Assembly: GCF_006345805.1 (NCBI RefSeq)
Contig: NC_042999.1
Location: forward strand, 75,330,001-75,394,000
DNA from: Octopus sinensis
Lineage: Eukaryota
DNA: 64,000 nucleotides
Direction: 5' to 3'
Numbering within the stretch: position 1 is the stretch's first letter; the number at the start of each line of letters is the position of its first letter. This document shows, one piece after another, positions 56,928 to 64,000 of the stretch. The translations under genes and the position numbers were made by a program. A model generated the notes under the pieces. That model saw nothing but the letters and a program-made list of their open reading frames with translations, ran no database searches and was not told where the DNA came from.

Positions 56928-57160
56928 GGTGGCGAGGTGGCAGAAACGTTAGCAAGCCGGGCGAAATGCTTAGCGGTATTTCGTTTGTCGTTACGTTCTG
57001 AGTTCAAATTCCGCCGAGGTCGACTTTGCCTTTCATCCTTTCGGGGTCGATAAATAAAGTACCAGTTACACACCGGGGTCGATGTAATCGACTTCATTCG
57101 TTTGTCTGTCCTTGTTTGTCCCCTCTGTGTTTAGCCCCTTGTGTGCAGTAAAGAAATATA
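56928..57160 (+). mobile_element. SINE family B, near full length
   Basis: ggcgaggtggcagaaacgttagc..gagttcaaattccgccgaggtcgactttgcctttcatcctttcggggtcgataaat. Related fragments at 1680-1940(-), 2740-3110(+), 34200-34295(-), 38050-38180(-), 42560-42745(-), 44945-45090(-), 46545-46745(-). Confidence 0.88.
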
Positions 57161-57191
57161 TATATATATAATGTAAACACATTTGCATATA

Positions 57192-57253
<62 letters not shown>

Positions 57254-57703
57254 TACACAGATATGTGTTTGTGTGTGTACGTATTATGTCAGTATGTGGT
57301 ATGTATGTACGTATATATGTGTGCATGTATGAATGTATGTATAGATCACGTGATGCAAACAAGAAAGATAGAACTCAAAGCATGAGCCTATATATATTAA
57401 TTTTTATTAATGTTTAGATGAAGTAACAGTGTGTTGTGTGTTATGCATGTAAGTATCTGTATACACATATTCACTAGTAAAATCTATGTTATTCAAAACC
57501 GAAATTAACCATAGATCTGAGTACGCCTATAAGTGTCAGCGTTTGCCTGTCCATCGTGTAATGATAACAATCCAACTACCTACCGACATACATACATACA
57601 TACAGACAGACAGACGACAGACATACATATAAACATTATATGTGTATATTATATGGTTGTGTACTTGACTGAGTGTGTATACGTGCGTGTAAATGTATGT
57701 GTG

Positions 57704-57749
<46 letters not shown>

Positions 57750-57750
<1 letters not shown>

Positions 57751-57956
57751 ATAAATATATATAGGGAAAGTTTACGAAAATAGACAAAAGACGAAGGCAG
57801 ATGGTGTACAAAACAAACAGATGTATTAGTATAGCGCTCGGGAATAGAAAAAGTATTTTACGTTTCGAGCCTACGCTCTTCTACAGAAAGGTACATAAAA
57901 AACAAGGAGAGAAAAAAATGTGTGTAGTGGCAAACGATCTATATATATATATATGT

Positions 57957-58006
<50 letters not shown>

Positions 58007-58260
58007 GAATAAAACTTATATATAAAGAACGTGAAGTTCACGAATTGACAAACACGGAAAAACGGACAGTAATTCAGAGCCTTCATTCTTCAGTGAGAAA
58101 CAGATTCATCATGGCAAATTTCGGCTGTTTAATTCTGAGATTTGCTCCGAAAGGGCCAGCCCCAAGGAAAAGCTAAGCTATGGGCATTAGATTTGCTTGG
58201 TAGAAGGAAAGAATGTGACAACAGAGACGAACAGGGAAATAAGAGACGAAGATAAAATTT
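57750..58260 (-). mobile_element. Two adjacent putative Penelope-like fragments, one with a hammerhead-like motif
   Basis: 57855-57890 minus reads cttt-ctgtagaa-gagc-gtag-gctc-gaaacgta-aaa; 58000-58260 is family P2. Confidence 0.45.
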
Positions 58261-58622
58261 ACAGTAACGAATAAAAACAGGAATGATACGGGGGCGTCAT
58301 ACGACTTTGAGACAAAATGAGACAAAACAATTGATCAGCAGCGTAGGAAACGGTTACCTTTTCGGTAGGGAAGACGGCAGTGGAATGGCTTAGCAGTAGT
58401 AGGTTTGCAAGAAGGTGAGAGAGAAAGAGAGAGGGGGGATTGAGGAGGGCCGAGAAATGACCAAGAGAGAGAGAGAGAGAGAAAGAAAGAATTAAAGAGG
58501 GTGAGAGGAAGGGGCGCCAAAATAACTTGGTAAAGAAGCGCCAAAATTCCTTGAGAAAGAAGCAATGGCGGATGATGAAAGGGGAGTTTAAAGTTGAAGA
58601 CATCGTGCAATAGTGGAGATAT

Positions 58623-58729
<107 letters not shown>

Positions 58730-58731
58730 TG

Positions 58732-58865
<134 letters not shown>

Positions 58866-58869
58866 TTAT

Positions 58870-59100
58870 GTGTGCGTGTATCTTTGTGTCTGTGTTTGTC
58901 GGCCCCACCATCGCTTGACAACCAATGGTGGTATGTTTATGTTCCTGTAACTTGGCTGTTCGGCCAAATAGACCGATAGAATAAGTACTAGATTAACAAG
59001 GAATAAGTCCTGGGGTCGATTTCTACGACTAAAACTCCCTAAGATTGTGCTCCAGCATGGCCACAATAAAATGACTGAAGCGCATAAAAGAATTAAGGAA
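58870..59100 (+). mobile_element. SINE family A, 3' half
   Basis: catcgcttgacaaccaatggtgg..aataagtcctggggtcgat..ctccagcatggcc. Confidence 0.85.
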
Positions 59101-59177
59101 TACACGCACACACACATATGCATATATACAAGCATGCCTGTGTTTACATTTATACACACACACACACACACACACAT

Positions 59178-59214
<37 letters not shown>

Positions 59215-59447
59215 CAAAATTAGAAAATGGAGAAAACACTTAAATCAATCAAACACCAACCATCAGATGATACCCAATCAATACTTTATTACACCATTAC
59301 ATAACAGTATATATATACATGTATGTGGATATTTTACATGCGTACATACATGTTTATGTATGTTCGTTATATATATATATATATGTTCAGAAAGACCAAT
59401 ATGCATGCATGCGCGTAGGTGTATTTATGTCTATATGTATGTATATA

Positions 59448-61013
59448 TAGAACCACGCTAATAGCTTAGGAGGGAAATGTAGGATTCCTCGGTTTTGTAT
59501 GATTCGATTTTGATAAAACGTTTCCAAGATGGTTTGCATACTATGGCAACATCATTGTTATGTTTCTATTATTCAGGGTAACGTCCTTTCTTTTTTATTA
59601 TTTCAGATTCTTTTTTTTTTTTCCTTTTTTTTGTGAACCACGCTAATCGCTTTCGGATGAAATTACCCCATCTAGACGTGTTTTTTTTTCTTTTTTCAGA
59701 AAATGACGGGTGATGATACATATTAAGCATACATGGAGTAATATATTTAAAAGAAAACCATAATAATTATAACATTTATTGACATAATGAATTATTTCGC
59801 CACATGAACGCCATTTCAACGGATAACTTTAAAAATCCTATTAGTCAGGGAATCTGTCAATTTCTTAATAGTAGCAAACTGGTCTGCCTCTGCTGCAGCT
59901 TTGATGGTCACCCATAAGACATGTTTCGACGTAAATTGTTGTCCATCGGTATAAACATCTTGTTCAATGATGGACCAAGTATTTTCGATAAGATTGAGAT
60001 CCGGAGATGCTGGCGGCCACACCATCAACCTTTCACCTTTTATGCTGTAAGACCCTTGTAATGTTTGGGTGTTCCTAGCAAAGTGAGAGGAGACGTTGTC
60101 ATGCATGGATACGAGATTACTTAGAAGTGACAGTAGTATATGATCTAGCCAGGGATCCAAGATCTCCTTCAGGAGATTGCAGTAGGCGGCTGCAGTCACT
60201 TTAACCCCTTCAGGCACCGCAACTGGGCCAATAAGTCTGCCCCCAATGATACCAGCCCACAACATGACTCCCCCACCCTGTTGCTGACGTCGTAAACGTT
60301 GGTGAAGCTCATCTCCAAAATAGACCCAAACTTTTGCCCAACCGTCAGCTCCGTCGAGGGTCGCCCTGGTTCCGTAAGTGAACAAAACACAACTCATGTC
60401 TAACGTCATGTACTTTTGGATCCATTGAAGTCTCAAACTCCTGCGTCGGAGTGTTAAAGGATGCAGTTTCAGGGGTTCTCGCACAGAAGCCATGGTCTCG
60501 AGAATGCAATTTCTGGTGGTTTTCAGAACATGAAGAAGTCCAGAGGCTGTGAAAATGGTTTGCTTCTTTGTCCAGATTTCTCACGTAACTTGCAGCCAAT
60601 ATTCTTTAAATCCCTAGCTGTCCCAGTCTTGAAGGTCCCACAATCGGATCATTTCTTCTTCGGTGAAGGGTCCTTCAGAAATCGTTTAACCGTGTCCTCA
60701 TGACGACCTAACTTTTCCGCAATGACATGAAGAGAGATATCTTTAGCACTTTCCTTGATAATGACAGAATTTTCTTCAACGTAAAGGCTTTTTCCACGTC
60801 CCTTGTTCTTCGAGAGGAGAGACGCTATTAGCGTGGTTCACCCCAAAACTGAAAAATCTGAAATAAAAAAGAAAGGACGTTACACAGAGTAATGAAAACA
60901 CAACAATGGTGTTGCCATAGTGTGCAAACCAGCTGGGAAACTTTTTATCAAAATCGATTCACAGAAAACCAAGAAATCCCAAATTTCACCCCTAAGCTAT
61001 TAGCGTGGCTCTG
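59448..61013 (-). mobile_element. Tc1-like DD37E (TRT-type) DNA transposon, full length, inactivated
   Basis: ~200-bp imperfect TIRs (59448-59650, 60824-61013). Decayed transposase ~60804 to 59792 with RATLDGADGW, QQQGGGVMLWAGII, HDN...PDLNLIEN. 37 residues between D (60098-60100) and E (59984-59986). First D changed (FTYG), start codon lost, stops and frameshifts. Confidence 0.92.
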
Positions 61014-61182
61014 GGTGTATATGTATGTGTGTGTGTGTGTGTGTGTGTATGCATGTATGCACACACATACACACTTATGCACACATACATATGTTTATAT
61101 AGCCCTTTCCTCTTATATTTTGTTGAGCAGTCGTTCTATTGTCACTGAAGTTTGAATGAAAGGAAAGACGTTACGTTCTTAC

Positions 61183-61262
61183 TATGATTTGGCCACTACA
61201 TCTGCGAGGTAAGAGCATCTCTGCAGCACGCATCTTCATTTCAAAACACATCTTGAAAAATG
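61183..61262 (-). CDS. Candidate exon (80 nt) of minus-strand host gene
   Basis: Strong acceptor tttttcttctttctctag, donor TA|GTAAGA. Single open frame FFKMCFEMKMRAAEMLLPRRCSGQII (phase 1 to 0). Confidence 0.4.
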
Positions 61263-61857
61263 CTAGAGAAAGAAGAAAAAGCATTGCTGATAAAGTAATC
61301 AATCCGATAAAAAGAAAGTCTTTCAACAATTAATAACCAGGCTGAATTAAAGGATTTTCAATGGATGCTCAGAAAATTATGAAGCACAATACTTGACCTA
61401 ATATCTCCTTCAGACTGCCATTCAAATCTGACAGTTTGAATAAAATACATAGTCTAAAATTTATATCCCTTTACATACGTGGTATTTTGAAAACCACACG
61501 CAAGGATTCAACATGTCAGTGAAATAAAGACGAATTTATGTTTTGAGATAAATAGTGTGACCATGAAGTTCTGGCGATCTCAAGAGCTAGCCTTCTATAT
61601 ATCTGCATTGATTTGTTAACGTACAATTGTACTGTACAATGTGTAGCGTGCATATTGGTGCAGACATGTAAAATACTTTATTATACACTGAAATTATAAC
61701 ATGATGAAGGCTATGGAACGGCTATAAAGTAGTTAAATAATCATATTTATTCTCTCATACCTCCTGACTTTTATGGTTTATATACACCTCATCCAAAAAG
61801 TTCATCAATTGAATGTACATACACACACACACATACATACACACACATATATGTATA

Positions 61858-62010
61858 CAGGCGCAAGCGAGGCTGTGTCGTAGTAGATTGCTTTCCAACC
61901 ACATGCTTCTGGATTCAGTTCCAGAGTGGCACCTTGAGCAAGTGTCTTTTACTATAGCCTCGGCCCGACCAAAGCCTTGTATTTGGTAGAGGGAAACTGA
62001 AAGAAGCCCA
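61858..62010 (+). mobile_element. SINE family A, 5' half
   Basis: caggcgcaagcgaggctgtg..ggattcagttcc..ccttgagcaagtgtc..gaaactgaaagaagccc. Confidence 0.85.
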
Positions 62011-62193
62011 GACTCACACGCATACCTCAACTTCTCCTCCTCCCACCCTAAACACACCAAGCTTTCCATCCCCTATTCCCAATTTCCCCGTCTACGCAGG
62101 CTCTGTAGTGACGACCTTGACTTTGGGATTCAGTCTCAACTCATGGCTCATCCTACGTGTATGTATGTATATATATATGTATATATATATAAT

Positions 62194-62258
<65 letters not shown>

Positions 62259-62303
62259 GTATTATATGTATATATATATATATATGTATATATATATGTA
62301 TAT

Positions 62304-62364
<61 letters not shown>

Positions 62365-62369
62365 ATTAT

Positions 62370-62438
<69 letters not shown>

Positions 62439-62443
<5 letters not shown>

Positions 62444-62943
62444 TAGTGGTACAACAAAGCACCAATATTCACTGAAAATAGCAGTCGATACAATTACGAC
62501 GCTATAATAAATCTTCAATGCGTATATACTGACAAAGACGTGTGAGTGCAACAAACATGAATAATTTGTCTTACCTCTTGGAAGAACATTCGATAACTGG
62601 ACAGCCCAGAATCGGATAAGTCTTCATCAGCTGCATTTCCCTAGACAATGTTTCAAATGTTGCTACATCAACGCCAGTGTACTCGCGTGAACGCTTAGCT
62701 GTTAACAGAACGAGAACAGTGAAAAAGTTTTCAATGAAAAATAAAATATTGCAAACAGATGTATTACTTTGCAGTAAAATAAAGCACCGTAAAGGTAGAA
62801 GTATAAATATAGATTATTATAGCGTCGTAATTGTATCGACTGCTATTTCCAGTGAATATTGGTGCCTTGTTGTACCACTAATCTATATTTGTATTTATAC
62901 TTCTACCTTTATTTTACTGGAAAGTAATACATTTGTATTGCAT
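62439..62943. repeat. Two interlocked inverted repeats around the 62575-62698 exon
   Basis: 62439-62510 is the reverse complement of 62814-62885 (72 bp, 2 mismatches). 62751-62814 is the approximate reverse complement of 62881-62943, with indels. Confidence 0.9.
62575..62698 (-). CDS. Candidate internal coding exon (124 nt) of an unidentified host gene
   Basis: Minus strand: acceptor ttctcgttctgttaacag, donor AG|GTAAGA. Only one frame is open across the whole exon: KRSREYTGVDVATFETLSREMQLMKTYPILGCPVIECSSK (phase 1 to 2). Non-repetitive island among repeats. No homologue recognised. Confidence 0.5.
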
Positions 62944-62944
62944 C

Positions 62945-63365
62945 TATTGTTACGTCCCGTTTGTGTTACATTTTTTTCGTGCTTGTTTTACCCCTCTGCG
63001 AGGTTATTTTATTTTAATTCTCTCGCAGGAAGGCTTAGTATTGACGAGTCGTGTCCTGTCTTGCCTTCGAAACACGCTAAGTCTACTAGTGACAGCTGAT
63101 GAAGGGGATTTTTCCTTGTGTAGCATGTCATGTACCTCGTTTTTCTGTTGTAAATAATGTTTTTCCCGTTTTCGTTCTCGTCCTGTTCTACGTCTCTGTC
63201 TTTCTGTTGTAACAAAATGGCTTTTCCGTTTTCGTTTCTGTTGAGTTTTACGTCTTTTTGTGGTGTCCTGTACGTATATATATATTTATATATGCATGTA
63301 TATATACATGTAGATGTCGGTACGTACATATATGTTTGTATGTATGCATATATTTTATTTATTAC
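62945..63365 (+). mobile_element. Dispersed repeat, family P1, second copy
   Basis: See 19394-19800. Confidence 0.45.
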
Positions 63366-63381
63366 ACTATATATTTATATA

Positions 63382-63456
63382 TGCGCAGGAATGGCTGTGT
63401 GGTAAGTAACATGCTTACTGAAAGAAACTGAAAGAAGCCCGTCGTATATATGTATG

Positions 63457-63539
<83 letters not shown>

Positions 63540-63775
63540 TATATATGTGTGTGTATGCGTGTGTATACGTTTGTGTGTCTGTGTTTGTCCCCCAACATCA
63601 CTTGATAACCGATGCTGGTGTGTTTACGTCACCGTAACTTAGCGGTTCGACCAAAATAACCGATAGAATAAGTACTAGGCTTACAAAGAATAAGTCCTGG
63701 GGTCGATTTGCTCGACTAAAGACGGTGCTTCAGCATGGCCACAGTCAAATGACTGAAACAACTAAAAGAGTTAAA
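63382..63775 (+). mobile_element. SINE family A, with deletion in head and long internal (TA)n
   Basis: gcgcaggaatggctgtgtggtaag joined directly to gaaactgaaagaagcccgtc; intact 3' half. Confidence 0.88.
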
Positions 63776-64000
63776 ATATATATATATATACTGCGTGAAA
63801 GAAGTGACTCTTGATAAAGGCGCGAATGTTTCAAGGGTTTTTATTTCGGTAGTTAGGGGATATTCTTGATTCTGAAGCCTAATTAAGAAATCATTAATGG
63901 CTTGACGTTTATTTTTGATCTTACATTCACTGGCCGTACATCTATGTGACATTTATTTTTCTACTTTCTTCTTGGTTCTCTTTATATGTTTCTTATGCTT

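Noticed and set aside
61131-61208. Plus-strand exon ending GAG|GTAAGA
   Set aside because: All three frames contain stops; the minus-strand reading is better supported.
62620-62660. Hammerhead-like gaaac..gtc..ctgatga on the minus strand
   Set aside because: Stems I and II do not pair; lies within the candidate exon and is probably coincidental.

Overview
Eukaryotic, repeat-saturated DNA, almost certainly octopus/cephalopod. This is inferred from very dense (TA)n, (CA)n, (TACA)n, (TATC)n and (TAA)n microsatellites and from tRNA-headed SINEs that I recognise from memory as octopus types. Nearly all ORFs in the supplied track are microsatellite artefacts. Transposon content: two diverged, 5'-truncated L1/Tx1-type retrotransposons back-to-back across one (TCTA)n tract (8.7-14.3 kb); a BovB-like RTE fragment with an 11-bp TSD; five or six R4/Dong-like (CCHC plus RLE endonuclease) fragments, several beside (TAA)n; a decayed DD37E (TRT-type) Tc1 element with ~200-bp IR/DR ends; mariner remnants and MITEs; a piggyBac-like MITE; a non-autonomous Helitron; many SINEs; and putative Penelope-like terminal-repeat fragments with hammerhead-like motifs. 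Manual splice-site reading suggests the window is largely intronic in an unidentified minus-strand gene. Its short candidate exons include a phase-compatible chain at 40500-39085, a 15-nt microexon at 36095-36109, and exons at 61183-61262 and 62575-62698. The most striking structure is a 72-bp inverted repeat bracketing the 62575-62698 exon, fully paired on the minus-strand RNA, plus a competing second inverted repeat. Family names and gene models come from reading by eye, not database searches.
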